A stretch of 63,662 nt of DNA, counting the filler, from Chlamydiales bacterium (GTDB lineage: Bacteria > Chlamydiota > Chlamydiia > Chlamydiales > JACRBE01), in assembly GCA_016213235.1 (NCBI GenBank). It is 5 parts of 5 records of this genome, joined end to end, with 100 filler letters (N's around TTAATTAATTAA, not from the genome) between each part and the next. Parts side by side here need not be neighbours in the genome. Positions count along the whole stretch, not along the records: positions 16,577 to 43,047 come from JACRBE010000052.1; positions 43,148 to 53,627 come from JACRBE010000056.1; 3 more parts are not named here. One strand, given 5' to 3'. Both the position numbers and the translations under genes were made by a program. Below, piece by piece: positions 39,178 to 49,939 of this stretch; position 1 is the stretch's first letter; every line of letters begins with the position of its first letter. The notes below the pieces were generated by a model that was not told where the DNA came from, ran no database searches, and saw only the letters and a list, made by a program, of their open reading frames with translations.

Positions 39178-41244
39178 TTAATTGACGTCAGATGATTTTT
39201 CAATTTTGCTGATAAAATCCTGGAAAAGAGAAGTGTCTCGTAAATTGTCTAGCCAGCTATCTTGCAATAATTCATCAATGGTAGGAAGCCCATGAAAATT
39301 TTTTGCTTTTTCTAAAAAGAAAATGGACTTTCGGAAATCTCTTACAATGGAGTAAAGACAAGCCAAATGATAATAACCATGGATATTACCGGATTTGATT
39401 GCTTGAATGATTTTATACTCCGATTCCTTGAGTAATTGCTCTTTTTCAAGAGAGGAAGGGGCTAATTCTGCCATGTTAATTAACGTTAAAGCCCAATCAA
39501 GTATGATGATGTCATTTTCATCATCTTTTTTGTAGGCAAGCCTATAATGGTAAATTGCCTTTAAAAAGAGGTCAAATTCTTCAGAGAGCTCACCATAGTG
39601 AGAATAGCAAAGAGCTAATCTATAATGAACTTCTGGGTGCTCGGGATCAATAACAAGAACGTGGCTGAGTATTTCAATTGCTTTTTGATAGTAGTCACTG
39701 CTTTCGTTATAATCTGCAAGTGAATCAAGTGTTAAGGCATATTGATAAAGCCACTCTGGATATAAATAAATGGCATTTTTTTGTAAGCGAAGAGCTTGTT
39801 CAAATTGATAGATAGCAACTTCAAGAGAGTGTTGATCTCCGTGAAACTCTCCTATTTTAGATAGGGCTAGAGCATATTCAAAATGATAAAGACTTTTTCC
39901 ACATAAATGTAACGCCCTTGCGAAGAATTTACATGCCAGTTCCAAAATAGCAGGGTCGCTTTCCAATTCTGCTGCCTGACTGTAAGTGATTCCCAAAGCA
40001 AACCAAAGGGCATGAGAAGTTCTGTCAATAGATAGACCAGACTGGAACTTTTCAATCGCTTGATAATAGTAGTCTAAATCATCATAATAAGTAGCATAAG
40101 CATAAAGGCACATTCCATAAGCATGCCAAACATCAGGTCCAATATCGGCTAAATGAATGATTTCTTGAATTTTATTTTCTGCATCATGAATTAAGTCTAC
40201 TCGATCTAAAATAATTCCTAAGGTGGCCAGTGACTCAGACCATAGAGAAATAGTAGGATAATGGCAGGGTTGGCAGCTATTGGCCCGGTGGCATTTTTCT
40301 ATAGCAGAGAATAATCTTCTTGTATCAGATAAACGCTTGCCGGATTCAAATAGGATTTTGCCCCAGCTAAGCCAGATGTTTAACTCGTCGGGTTGAATTT
40401 GCGCTGCAGTTGCAAAACATTCGTTTGCCTGAGAAAAATTATCTTCGTCGTGTGTTGCAGTATAAATTAGATATAGACCATTGGCTAAACAAAACCAGTT
40501 GCTTGAGTGAGTAGGGGATAGAGCTGTCGCTCGTTTGTAGCAATCAACTGCTTTTAAAAATAATCGATTATCATTAATCTGCATTCCAAGCTTTTCATAA
40601 GAGGCTCCAAAATCTCTCCAAAAATCAGCAGGTAAAGAGGGGTTTTTTGCTGCTGCTAATGAAAAATATTCTAGTGAGGCATTTAAATCAGAAACTTCTT
40701 GTGAATTCGCTGCAATTGCAAACATCGTGCAGCCAATAAGCCAATAAAGATCTGCAATGATATCATTTTCTTGTTTAGATGATAAAGAGAGTGCCTTTTG
40801 AAATTTGGATTTTGCATCTAAAAAATAATGGTATTTGTAGTCGCTTTTTCCAAGATGATAAAGAGTTTGCCCCCAAGCAAACCATGCGTCAAAATGAGAT
40901 GCATCTAGTTTTGTAGCCTTTTTAAAGCGCCCTGATGCTAAAACAAGGTTTTTTTCTTTTCCTTTTTCTGAGCCAAATTCAAATAGTGCGAGGCCTTGCT
41001 CATATAGCAAATCAGCGTTAGTAGGATCTAAATCAACAGCCATATCAAAAAACTTAAGACCGCCGCTATCTCCATCAAGCAGTAGTTTTTGTCCCTGTTG
41101 TTGGAAGAGATCAGAGTGTTTCATCATGGAACTGTCCTGAGAAATCGGTTTGAAAATGAATTCCTTTTTCAAAGGATCAATAGAGGGATGAAAGGTGGTT
41201 TTTTCCACTTCACGAGCCATTTTCAAATGATTTTTATTGTCCAT
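39178..41244 (-). CDS. Tetratricopeptide-repeat protein (conserved chlamydial type)
   Basis: Many W..LG/A..F..A..L.P TPR units; ends with YHLACLYS. Confidence 0.88.
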   Translation of the reverse strand: MDNKNHLKMAREVEKTTFHPSIDPLKKEFIFKPISQDSSMMKHSDLFQQQGQKLLLDGDSGGLKFFDMAVDLDPTNADLLYEQGLALFEFGSEKGKEKNLVLASGRFKKATKLDASHFDAWFAWGQTLYHLGKSDYKYHYFLDAKSKFQKALSLSSKQENDIIADLYWLIGCTMFAIAANSQEVSDLNASLEYFSLAAAKNPSLPADFWRDFGASYEKLGMQINDNRLFLKAVDCYKRATALSPTHSSNWFCLANGLYLIYTATHDEDNFSQANECFATAAQIQPDELNIWLSWGKILFESGKRLSDTRRLFSAIEKCHRANSCQPCHYPTISLWSESLATLGIILDRVDLIHDAENKIQEIIHLADIGPDVWHAYGMCLYAYATYYDDLDYYYQAIEKFQSGLSIDRTSHALWFALGITYSQAAELESDPAILELACKFFARALHLCGKSLYHFEYALALSKIGEFHGDQHSLEVAIYQFEQALRLQKNAIYLYPEWLYQYALTLDSLADYNESSDYYQKAIEILSHVLVIDPEHPEVHYRLALCYSHYGELSEEFDLFLKAIYHYRLAYKKDDENDIIILDWALTLINMAELAPSSLEKEQLLKESEYKIIQAIKSGNIHGYYHLACLYSIVRDFRKSIFFLEKAKNFHGLPTIDELLQDSWLDNLRDTSLFQDFISKIEKSSDVN

Positions 41245-41537
41245 AGTTTCTCTGTTTTCTATTTCGACGTAAAGACGATCATTATGGCTATCATTTTGTT
41301 TTTAGACAATCTCAATTGGTAAATGGAAAAAGGAAAAAAGGGAGGGATTTTCAATCGAAAAAAGCTCTATTTATTTAATAGCAACCAGTTAAAACTTTTT
41401 CATATTTAAATAATTTTAATATAAGAAAATTTAGATGTGTTTTTGTGGAAAATCTGATCATAAGTAGTTGAAAATTTTGGGGATCAAAAACTTACCATTA
41501 ATTTTCAATATAGGATAACTTAGATGCTTTTTTAAGT

Positions 41538-42350
41538 TTAAGCATTGCACAAATAGGAATAGTCTTTAGAAAACTCCGGATACCTTTCAAAAAGGAGATA
41601 CAAAGCTTCGCTTGCTTCTTCATCTGCAATAGTTGGTATACTAGCAGCTGTATAATGTATCCCAACAAAACAAACATGAAGTCTTTCGCAAAGGGTTTTC
41701 ATGGGTAACAAATTTTTTGCTGTATCGTCAATCATTACAATTTGATCAAAAACCTTTTTAGTGCGCTGTAGCAATCGTTCCACTATATCAGCTTTATCTA
41801 AATGACTGCCTGTAAAAATAACACCTTTATCATAAAGTGATTTAGCATCATCATCTGTTCCGTCAAGAACGATGCTATCAGCAAATTCATGTTTTTGATC
41901 CAGTTGTATGTCCACGCTGGCCAATTGAGTGAGGACTGCATCATGACTTGAGGGGCCTCTCGCTGTGCATGCAAGAACGGTTACTTCTCTTCTTTCTTGC
42001 AATTGACGTAGTAATGTAGGAGCTCTCTCATCCACAGGTGCACTTTGAGCCAGGTTATTTAAAAAATTGGTAAAACGCTGGATCTTATGGATAGTTTCTG
42101 CATGGCTTAAGGAATATGTATGTCGAGTCTTGTTGTAAATCCAGTCCCAAAGTGGAGCTCCACCATATATAGTTATTGGTTTTATCAGTGTTAGATCAAT
42201 ATCAGAAAGGACTAGCACTCTTCCCTCACTGATAGACCGGGGTAGCTCTTCAATATCAGAACTGTCTTTTATGGAAGATTCTGTATAGACAGCTATGGGC
42301 TTTGCTAGTGAAAAGCTCAGGTCTTTGTGTGGTTTTAAACTAATATCCAT
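41538..42350 (-). CDS. HAD-superfamily protein (DUF2608-like)
   Basis: Motif I DIDLTL, motif II CTAR, GVIFT..K, motif IV MIDD. Confidence 0.8.
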   Translation of the reverse strand: MDISLKPHKDLSFSLAKPIAVYTESSIKDSSDIEELPRSISEGRVLVLSDIDLTLIKPITIYGGAPLWDWIYNKTRHTYSLSHAETIHKIQRFTNFLNNLAQSAPVDERAPTLLRQLQERREVTVLACTARGPSSHDAVLTQLASVDIQLDQKHEFADSIVLDGTDDDAKSLYDKGVIFTGSHLDKADIVERLLQRTKKVFDQIVMIDDTAKNLLPMKTLCERLHVCFVGIHYTAASIPTIADEEASEALYLLFERYPEFSKDYSYLCNA

Positions 42351-42516
42351 ATTGTTGTTTTTTGTTGTGCGATTGCATTGATTATGCTCTTTTTTTTAAT
42401 TAATTTAAACATAAACAAGACTGGTGTAAGCGTTTTTTAAAAACGTCCTAATAAAATTAATTAAAAATGTCCCTTTCTAGTAATTAAATGGTTATTACTG
42501 GGAGATAAAAACAACC

Positions 42517-42830
42517 ATGGAAGGGGCTATCAACATGAGTATCAAAGAATTAGAGAGATCTAAGGTTTTTGTACAGTTGGACAATAAGACTATAACAGCA
42601 ACGCAAGCTGCTAATAACCTGGGCATTAGCTCAAGGCAACTGAGAAGATTACGTAAAGACTGCAAAAAAACAGGGGTGTTAGCCCTGATTTCCAAAAAAA
42701 GGGGTAAGGCCAGCAATCACCAACTGCCGACCGGGCTAAAAGAGTTAGCACTTAGGACTTGTCCGGCAGCATTATCATGACTTTGGCCCCACATTGGCTC
42801 ACGAAAAGCTAAAAGAGATTCATCACCTGA
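42517..42830 (+). mobile_element. Frameshifted N-terminal fragment of an ISNCY/IS481-like HTH transposase
   Basis: QAANNLGISSRQLRRL...LISKKRGKASN, then after a frameshift HYHDFGPTLAHEKL. Confidence 0.8.
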
Positions 42831-42831
42831 A

Positions 42832-43047
42832 ATGGAAAACAGAAAAAATCAATTTGATTACCAAGATGAACTAAGGAACAATTTACCGACAGGATCCGGA
42901 GAAATTGAGAGTGGGAATAGAAGTGTAATACAAAAAAGGCTTAAAACTCCCGGAGCATGGTGGAGTGTTAGTACAGCTGAATATATGCTGGCATTAAGAT
43001 GCCTTCGAATTAATGGTGATTGGAGGAAATATTGGAGACAAGTAGAT
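42832..43047 (+). mobile_element. C-terminal fragment of an ISKra4/UPF0236-type transposase
   Basis: LPTGSGEIESGNRSVIQKRLKTPGAWW...MLALR...W..YW; runs to the contig end. Confidence 0.75.
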
Positions 43048-43147
43048 NNNNNNNNNNNNNNNNNNNNNNNNNNNNNNNNNNNNNNNNNNNNTTAATTAAT
43101 TAANNNNNNNNNNNNNNNNNNNNNNNNNNNNNNNNNNNNNNNNNNNN
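43048..43147. other. Artificial contig-join linker
   Basis: N-run with central TTAATTAATTAA. Confidence 0.97.
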
Positions 43148-44002
43148 GGAAAAAAAAGTTATACGGAGCTCTCTAAAGTAATACCATCGTTTATTAGAAG
43201 AGGGGAGACAAATCATAAATATCAAAGAACCTTTAACCAATTTGTTGATAAGTGCAATGTTAATTTAAAATTTTTAGCAAAAGAACACACACAATCCCTT
43301 TCAATTGTTTCTAAGCCAAGTATTAAATTAATTCATCATGATCCGGATTCTCCCGTTCGACTCGCTGCAGCGCTTTTATTTGCTCATACAAATAAATCAT
43401 TAGAGGATTTACAAAATTATTGCCAAAATCTTCCGAGCGATCAATTAGAGAATATTTTAGATGCAGCCTGTGAGATGAGAGAAAATAGAAGACATAAGTC
43501 TCCAAGAGCACTAGAACACGTTTTTTTCACTTTTGAAATTTGTGCCGATTTTGGAGCGTATCGTGATCTACAAAGGCATCGAATGCTAACACAAGAAAGA
43601 CAACCATTAAGTTGTAATAGTGGATATTTTATTCCGGAAGAGATTCTAGGGACGTCTATGGAAAAAAACTATCGCGATGCACAGGAAAAAGCAAAAGATG
43701 CATACGATAAAATAGTGAAAGAATTTCCAGAAGAAGCGCAATATGTTGTGCCTATGGCATATAATATTAACTGGTATTTCCATGTGAACTTAAGGGCTTT
43801 GCAGTGGCTTTGTGAACTCAGATCGCAACCGGCAGGACATCCCACTTATCGCTATATTGCTCAAGAAATGGCTGCACAGGTTATACAGGTATACCCTGAA
43901 TTTAAACGTTTTTTTGCTTTTGTTGATTTTGAAGGATATGACCTTGGAAGGCTTGGGCAAGAAATTCGTAAAGAGAAAAAAACAAACGTACAGGTGTTTT
44001 AA
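43148..44002 (+). CDS. thyX: FAD-dependent thymidylate synthase, C-terminal part of long chlamydial ThyX
   Basis: RENRRHKSPRALE...DFGAYRDLQRHRMLTQ...ELRSQPAGHPTYR; 5' end lost at the join. Confidence 0.9.
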   Translation, partial: GKKSYTELSKVIPSFIRRGETNHKYQRTFNQFVDKCNVNLKFLAKEHTQSLSIVSKPSIKLIHHDPDSPVRLAAALLFAHTNKSLEDLQNYCQNLPSDQLENILDAACEMRENRRHKSPRALEHVFFTFEICADFGAYRDLQRHRMLTQERQPLSCNSGYFIPEEILGTSMEKNYRDAQEKAKDAYDKIVKEFPEEAQYVVPMAYNINWYFHVNLRALQWLCELRSQPAGHPTYRYIAQEMAAQVIQVYPEFKRFFAFVDFEGYDLGRLGQEIRKEKKTNVQVF

Positions 44003-45213
44003 TGGAACAAAAAGAAGGAAATGTAATAGGTGGCATGCTCTTAATAGCAGGTAGTTGTATTGGAGCTGGCATGCTAGGGCTTCCAATTATCACTGGATTT
44101 GCTGGATTTTTCCCATCTTTGCTGATGTTTTTTGCTGCTTGGATTTTTATGACAACAACAGGGTTGCTTTTAATAGAGGTCAATGGATGGTTTCAAAAAC
44201 CTGTTCATTTAACAACTATGGTGGAAAAAACTCTTGGTATAGTTGGAAAAATTCTTACCCTTTTTTTGTTTTTATTTTTGTTTTATGCCCTATTAGTAGC
44301 TTATGTTGCAGGAAGTGGGCATCACTTAAGTGACTTATTTCATAGTCGACTACCTGTATGGGTCGGTAGTTTTTTCTTTGTCGTTGTGTTTGGCATTGTT
44401 GTTTATTTTGGAACAAGAGCTGTAGATATGACGAATCGATGGTTGATGGCCCTGAAAATTATTGCTTACTTTGGGCTTGTATTTATCGGCTTTAAATTTC
44501 TACATGGAAAAAAATTACTTTACACCGATTTCAAATATTCTTTTTTCCCCCTTCCTGTGCTCATTATTTCTTTTGGATTCCATAATATGATTCCTTCTTT
44601 GACTAATTACTTTAATGGCAATATTAAAAAGGTAAGGCAGTCAATTATTGGTGGATCGCTGTTTACTTTGGGGATTTATCTGCTTTGGCAAATTGTAGCT
44701 CTTGGTATTTTACCTATTAAAGGATCAAATAGCATTGTTAACGGTTATAAAGAGGGTGTTGATGCCGCGCAGCTCCTAGGAAGAGTTTTACAACACTCCA
44801 TTATAGGAGATTTTGCATTTGCCCTAGCATTTTTTGCTATCCTCACATCTTTTTTAGCACAAGCGCTTAGCCTAGTTCACTTTTTAGCAGATAGCTTTAA
44901 GGTAGAAACGAAACAAAGAGAAAACATCGGGCTTTGTATTCTTGCTCTTTTACCGCCACTTATACTTGCAATTAGCAATCCAAATATATTCTTTGCAGCG
45001 CTTAATTTTGCAGGTGGTATCTGTGCCGTAATATTATTTGGTGTTTTTCCAGCCTTAATGGTGTACATTGGTAGATATAAACAACATATGACATCTGATT
45101 ATCAGGTGCGCGGCGGGAAGCCAGTGCTTTTTTTAATTCTTGGATTTGCTATATTTGTGTTCCTTTATCAGTTATCCAATACACTAGGCTTTTCTCTTTT
45201 CCCAAAACCATAA
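44002..45213 (+). CDS. tyrP: Aromatic amino acid (Tyr/Trp) permease, copy 1
   Basis: GGMLLIAGSCIGAGMLGLP, SFGFHNMIPSL; HAAAP family. Confidence 0.9.
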   Translation: MEQKEGNVIGGMLLIAGSCIGAGMLGLPIITGFAGFFPSLLMFFAAWIFMTTTGLLLIEVNGWFQKPVHLTTMVEKTLGIVGKILTLFLFLFLFYALLVAYVAGSGHHLSDLFHSRLPVWVGSFFFVVVFGIVVYFGTRAVDMTNRWLMALKIIAYFGLVFIGFKFLHGKKLLYTDFKYSFFPLPVLIISFGFHNMIPSLTNYFNGNIKKVRQSIIGGSLFTLGIYLLWQIVALGILPIKGSNSIVNGYKEGVDAAQLLGRVLQHSIIGDFAFALAFFAILTSFLAQALSLVHFLADSFKVETKQRENIGLCILALLPPLILAISNPNIFFAALNFAGGICAVILFGVFPALMVYIGRYKQHMTSDYQVRGGKPVLFLILGFAIFVFLYQLSNTLGFSLFPKP

Positions 45214-45234
45214 GGCTATTTTTTCGGAGAAAAA

Positions 45235-46452
45235 ATGAGAATAAATCATTTAATAGGGGGTATTTTACTCGTTGCCGGGACATCGATTGGTGCGGGGATG
45301 CTTGCTATTCCCGTTGGCACAGGGTTTATGGGTTTTTTCCCTTCTTTGATTCTATTTAGTGTCTGCTGGATGTTTTTTTTGATTACAGCAATATTTTTTA
45401 TTGATGTAAATGCTTCAGTAAAGGTGAATTCCAATTTGATTACTATGGCAGATAAAACTCTTGGAATAGTAGGCAAAGGATTTACTTGGGTTGTGTATTT
45501 GCTTTTACTTTATGCGCTAACCGCTGCTTATATTGCTGGTAGTGCCCCACTTTTTCAGGCGTTTTTCTCTTCTTTATTTCATATAAACGTTCCTATTAAT
45601 GTTTGTTATTTTGCGCTTCCTGTAGTTTTTGGTTTTTTTGTTTACCTGGGCACAACAGGGGTAGATATGGCAAACCGCATTTTAATGGGTGGGCTTGTTA
45701 TTGCATATATAGGGCTTGTGCTCTTTGTCCCTTCTCATATACAACTTCCTCTACTCATGCATCATGATTTTCCATCAGGGATCGTTGGGCTTTCGATTGT
45801 GATCACATCATTTGGATATCATATTATTATTCCAACATTGAGCACTTACTTGAAGCATGATAGGAAACAATTAATTACTACGGTTGTTATCGGTAGTTTA
45901 ATCACACTGTTTGTTTATGTAGTATGGCAATTTCTTGTCCTTGGTGTAGTGCCTCTCACAGGAAAAGTCTCTATTGCTCATACATGGTTTGTTGAAGGAG
46001 GCTCTGCAGCAAAACCTCTTGCTCAGATTATCAAACACCCTCTCGTTGGTATTACAGCAATCTTTTTTTCTTTCTTTGCAATTGTTACTTCTTTTTTAGG
46101 AGTAAGCCTCAGTTTAGCGGATTTTGTTACCGATGGTTTTAAGTTAAAAATGAGTTGGGAAGGGAGGGTAATTGCTTGTTTGTTAACATTCATTCCTCCT
46201 GTTTTTTTCGTGTTTGCTTATCCAAGGGGGTTTATTCTTGCTCTTGATTATGCAGGAATTTTTGTTATTCTCTTGCTGGGGTTATTGCCTGCTGCAATGG
46301 CTTGGAAATTAAAATCGCATCGATTTTATAACAGTTTGCTTGGTAAAATATTGATTGTTGCAATAGTTATTATTTCCATTGGTGTAATTGTACTAGATGT
46401 GCTGAATCACCTAGGCTATGGTCAAAAATTCATTTTTTCCTATCGAGGGTAA
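45235..46452 (+). CDS. tyrP: Aromatic amino acid (Tyr/Trp) permease, copy 2
   Basis: GGILLVAGTSIGAGMLAIP, SFGYHIIIPTL, TSFLGVSL. Confidence 0.9.
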   Translation: MRINHLIGGILLVAGTSIGAGMLAIPVGTGFMGFFPSLILFSVCWMFFLITAIFFIDVNASVKVNSNLITMADKTLGIVGKGFTWVVYLLLLYALTAAYIAGSAPLFQAFFSSLFHINVPINVCYFALPVVFGFFVYLGTTGVDMANRILMGGLVIAYIGLVLFVPSHIQLPLLMHHDFPSGIVGLSIVITSFGYHIIIPTLSTYLKHDRKQLITTVVIGSLITLFVYVVWQFLVLGVVPLTGKVSIAHTWFVEGGSAAKPLAQIIKHPLVGITAIFFSFFAIVTSFLGVSLSLADFVTDGFKLKMSWEGRVIACLLTFIPPVFFVFAYPRGFILALDYAGIFVILLLGLLPAAMAWKLKSHRFYNSLLGKILIVAIVIISIGVIVLDVLNHLGYGQKFIFSYRG

Positions 46453-48453
46453 ATGTTTGAAATAACCACAGAATTTCTGCCAAAGGGGGACCAGCCCCAG
46501 GCAATTGAACAGCTTGTAAATGGTATCAGGCAACATAAACGCTCGCAAGTGCTGCTTGGTATTACGGGCTCTGGAAAGACATTTACTATTGCCAATGTCA
46601 TTGCGCAGGTACAAAAACCAACGCTCATTTTAGCACATAATAAAACACTCGCGGCTCAGTTATTTCAAGAATTCAAAACATTTTTTCCAAAGAATGCTAT
46701 AGAGTATTTTGTTTCATACTACGACTATTATCAACCGGAAGCATACATAGCAAGGACAGATACATATATTGAAAAGGATCTTGCTATCAATGATCAGATT
46801 GAAAAGATGCGTCTTAGTGCAACAAGATCTTTATTAGAAAGAAAAGATGTAATTATCGTTTCTTCTGTTTCTTGTATTTATGGTCTTGGTTCTCCGGAAT
46901 ATTATGCCAATATGAGACTGTTTATCAAAGTGGGGGAAGAGAGAAGGCGGGATGATATTTTATTTCATCTTGTCGAGATGCGCTATGATCGAAACGATTA
47001 TGAACTATCACGAGGAAATTTTCGAGTAAGGGGCGATATTTTAGAAATAGTTCCTGCTTATGAAGAAAATATTGCCTACCGTGTTGAGTTTTTTGGAGAC
47101 GAAATCGAGTGTTTGAGTGAAATAGATCCTTTGACTGGTAGATTGTTGAAAGAGTTGGAAACAATAACTATTTATCCAGGATCCCATTATGTGACACCGG
47201 AAGAAGTAAGGGAGAGCGCAATAGAGACAATCAAGGAAGAGCTTGCTTTGCGATGTGAGCAGTTTGAAAAAGAGGGAAGGCTGGTAGAAAAACAACGCCT
47301 TGCTCAGCGCACGAAGTATGACATTGAAATGATAAAAGAGGTTGGGCACTGCAAAGGTGTCGAAAACTATTCTAGACATTTCAGTAATAGGAAAGCCGGG
47401 GATCCGCCGCCAACGTTAATGGAGTATTTTCCAAAAGATTTTTTATTAATAGTAGATGAATCACATCAAAGCATTCCTCAAGTACACGCCATGTATAATG
47501 GAGATCGTGCAAGGAAGTCTGCTTTAGTAGAATTTGGATTTCGTCTTCCTTCTGCATTTGACAATAGACCGCTTAAATTTGAAGAATTTTATCAACATAT
47601 TAACCAGGTTGTTTACGTCTCTGCTACCCCAGCACCATGGGAGGTAAATGAATCGGAAGGAGAAATTGTTCAGCAAATTATACGCCCTACAGGATTATTA
47701 GATCCATTAATTGAAGTAAGGCCTATTGACACTCAAGTAGACGATGTGATCAATGAAATTCAAAAAGTAACTGCATTAAAAGGAAGAGTCCTTGTTACTA
47801 CACTGACAAAGAAGCTCGCAGAAGAGCTTTCTAAGTATTTGAATGACGTAGGAGTAAAGGCAAAATATTTACATTCTGATATTGATACCCTAGAGAGAAT
47901 GAAAATCATTAGAGATTTACGAAATGGGGGTTTTGATGTCTTGGTTGGTATTAACTTATTAAGAGAGGGACTTGATATCCCGGAAGTGTGTTTGGTTACT
48001 ATTTTAGATGCGGACAAGGAGGGATTCTTGCGTAGTGAGACGGCGCTTGTTCAAACTTGTGGAAGGGCAGCCCGTAATAGCTTAGGAAGGGTTATTTTAT
48101 ATGCAGATAAAATGACAAAGGCAATTCAAAACACCATTGCTATCACACAAAAAAGAAGAGAAGTGCAACATGAATACAATCAAAAAATGGGCATTACGCC
48201 ACAGACGATTATCAAAAAGAAAATAGAATCGTTGAATGAAACGTTTTTTGGTTTTGATTTGGATGAAATACAACCTGCGAAGGAAAAAGAAAAAATAATA
48301 GTAGATCCACTGGTCATTCAAAAAGAGATAAAACGGTTAGAGAAAGAAATGAGAAAAGCTGCCAAAGAGTTTAAATTTGAAGAAGCGGCTACACTAAGAG
48401 ATCAGCTCCGATATTATCAAGGGCTTGAACTATTAGAAGATCACCCCATATAA
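46453..48453 (+). CDS. uvrB: Excinuclease ABC subunit B
   Basis: GDQPQAI, GITGSGKT, YYDYYQPEAY, DESH, UVR domain FEEAATLRD. Confidence 0.98.
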   Translation: MFEITTEFLPKGDQPQAIEQLVNGIRQHKRSQVLLGITGSGKTFTIANVIAQVQKPTLILAHNKTLAAQLFQEFKTFFPKNAIEYFVSYYDYYQPEAYIARTDTYIEKDLAINDQIEKMRLSATRSLLERKDVIIVSSVSCIYGLGSPEYYANMRLFIKVGEERRRDDILFHLVEMRYDRNDYELSRGNFRVRGDILEIVPAYEENIAYRVEFFGDEIECLSEIDPLTGRLLKELETITIYPGSHYVTPEEVRESAIETIKEELALRCEQFEKEGRLVEKQRLAQRTKYDIEMIKEVGHCKGVENYSRHFSNRKAGDPPPTLMEYFPKDFLLIVDESHQSIPQVHAMYNGDRARKSALVEFGFRLPSAFDNRPLKFEEFYQHINQVVYVSATPAPWEVNESEGEIVQQIIRPTGLLDPLIEVRPIDTQVDDVINEIQKVTALKGRVLVTTLTKKLAEELSKYLNDVGVKAKYLHSDIDTLERMKIIRDLRNGGFDVLVGINLLREGLDIPEVCLVTILDADKEGFLRSETALVQTCGRAARNSLGRVILYADKMTKAIQNTIAITQKRREVQHEYNQKMGITPQTIIKKKIESLNETFFGFDLDEIQPAKEKEKIIVDPLVIQKEIKRLEKEMRKAAKEFKFEEAATLRDQLRYYQGLELLEDHPI

Positions 48454-48501
48454 TTATATCTTATTTATTATTAGCTTGCTGCTCTTTGCTGCTGAAAGGG
48501 C

Positions 48502-48669
48502 CAAATAAAAAGCAAGTCACATCCCAACAAAGTAGACCTCGTGGGATTAAAAGCGTTTTGCTCTACATATCCAAATATGCATATTGCACCAAATCTTGTT
48601 ATTCATACAGGGGAGGATGTCTATCCGATTGATCAAGAAACGCTAGCGCTTTCTTGGAAAGTAGTTTAG
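48502..48669 (+). pseudogene. C-terminal remnant of an AAA/DUF4143-type ATP-binding protein
   Basis: Startless frame QIKSKSHPNKVDLVGLKAFCSTYP...VIHTGEDVYPIDQETLALSWKVV*. Confidence 0.55.
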
Positions 48670-48701
48670 CATATGTTTCTAGTGTTTTAAGTTAATGTTT
48701 T

Positions 48702-49790
48702 ATGAAATACCTGGTCAAAAGAAAAAGTCTTCTTCTTTTATTAACGTGGATCGATCGATTAACACCTAAATTTCACACATCAAAAGAAAAAAAATATAAC
48801 CGTATTCTCTTTTGTAATACCGCGCATTTAGGAGATGTAGTAAATGCATCTTATGTTATTTATGCAATAAAACAACAATATCCCAGTGCAAAGATTGGGT
48901 TTTTGTTGGACAAAAATGCAAAAGATTTAATTAGCGTAGATTATGTACATACCATTTCTCATTATAAACATAATCGAAATAAACAAAACATTATTACAAA
49001 GATATTGCTATATTGGAAAAGCTCGATTCAGGCTCTATCAGAAATAAAAAAAATACAATATGATATCGCAATTGATTTATATCTCTACTTTGGCAATTCT
49101 GCCTTTTTCCTTTTTCTTGCAAACATTCCGCATCGCATTGGGTATGTCAGTGGAGGATTTGGCAACTTCTTTACTGAAAGACTAACCTATGTGCCAAATC
49201 AAGGACAAATTATTCAGTACTATATTCCAGTGCTTCGTTTATTAAATGTGGAAGATCCATATTTGAAGAGTAGTATTGCTGTAAGGCCTCCTGCTGTTTC
49301 ATTGCCGACAAAGTATATTATCATTCATCCAGGATGTGGGAATAAAATAAAAGAGTGGCCAATCTCTTATTGGAAAGAGGTGGTACAATTTTGTATAAAT
49401 CAACAAATAGCAGTTGTGTTAACAGGAGCTGGAACAAGAGATGTCGTGCTAGGAAAGGAGATTTGTGCCTTTTTTGACAGCGTGATAAATCTTGTAAATA
49501 AATTAACGCTAATGGAATTTTCCTATGTAATCAAACATGCAGCCTTAGTAATTAGTGTTGATAGTGTAGCATCGCACTTGGCGGGAGCGTTTGATGTAGC
49601 GTGTATACAAATGATGATAGATCCTGTATCAACAATGCTTTGGCAAGCGTATGGAAATAAAACAATAATCATTCAAAAAGAAGCAGATAATTTTGTTTAT
49701 TATAAAACAAAGAAACCAAATGATACGCATTGTAATCAATATGTTTTCCCTGATTCGGTTATAGAATCTATAAAAGCCTTTACACTATAG
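48702..49790 (+). CDS. Glycosyltransferase family 9 (heptosyltransferase-like)
   Basis: HLGDVV, RIGY, IIHPG....KEWP, ISVDSVASHLAGA. Confidence 0.9.
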   Translation: MKYLVKRKSLLLLLTWIDRLTPKFHTSKEKKYNRILFCNTAHLGDVVNASYVIYAIKQQYPSAKIGFLLDKNAKDLISVDYVHTISHYKHNRNKQNIITKILLYWKSSIQALSEIKKIQYDIAIDLYLYFGNSAFFLFLANIPHRIGYVSGGFGNFFTERLTYVPNQGQIIQYYIPVLRLLNVEDPYLKSSIAVRPPAVSLPTKYIIIHPGCGNKIKEWPISYWKEVVQFCINQQIAVVLTGAGTRDVVLGKEICAFFDSVINLVNKLTLMEFSYVIKHAALVISVDSVASHLAGAFDVACIQMMIDPVSTMLWQAYGNKTIIIQKEADNFVYYKTKKPNDTHCNQYVFPDSVIESIKAFTL

Positions 49791-49939
49791 TGTGCACACG
49801 GTTTTTATTAAAAATGCATCGACAAATAGTTTCTTCTTAGTCAGCATGCTGTATAGTTTTAATTTAGTTGACAACTGTAAAAAAACAATTGATAAATGAA
49901 TAAGATTTTTTGAAAAATGACAACCTGTTGGTGCGTGAT

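Noticed and set aside
44002..46452. Tandem tyrP duplication as a novelty
   Set aside because: Tandem tyrP paralogues are a known chlamydial feature.
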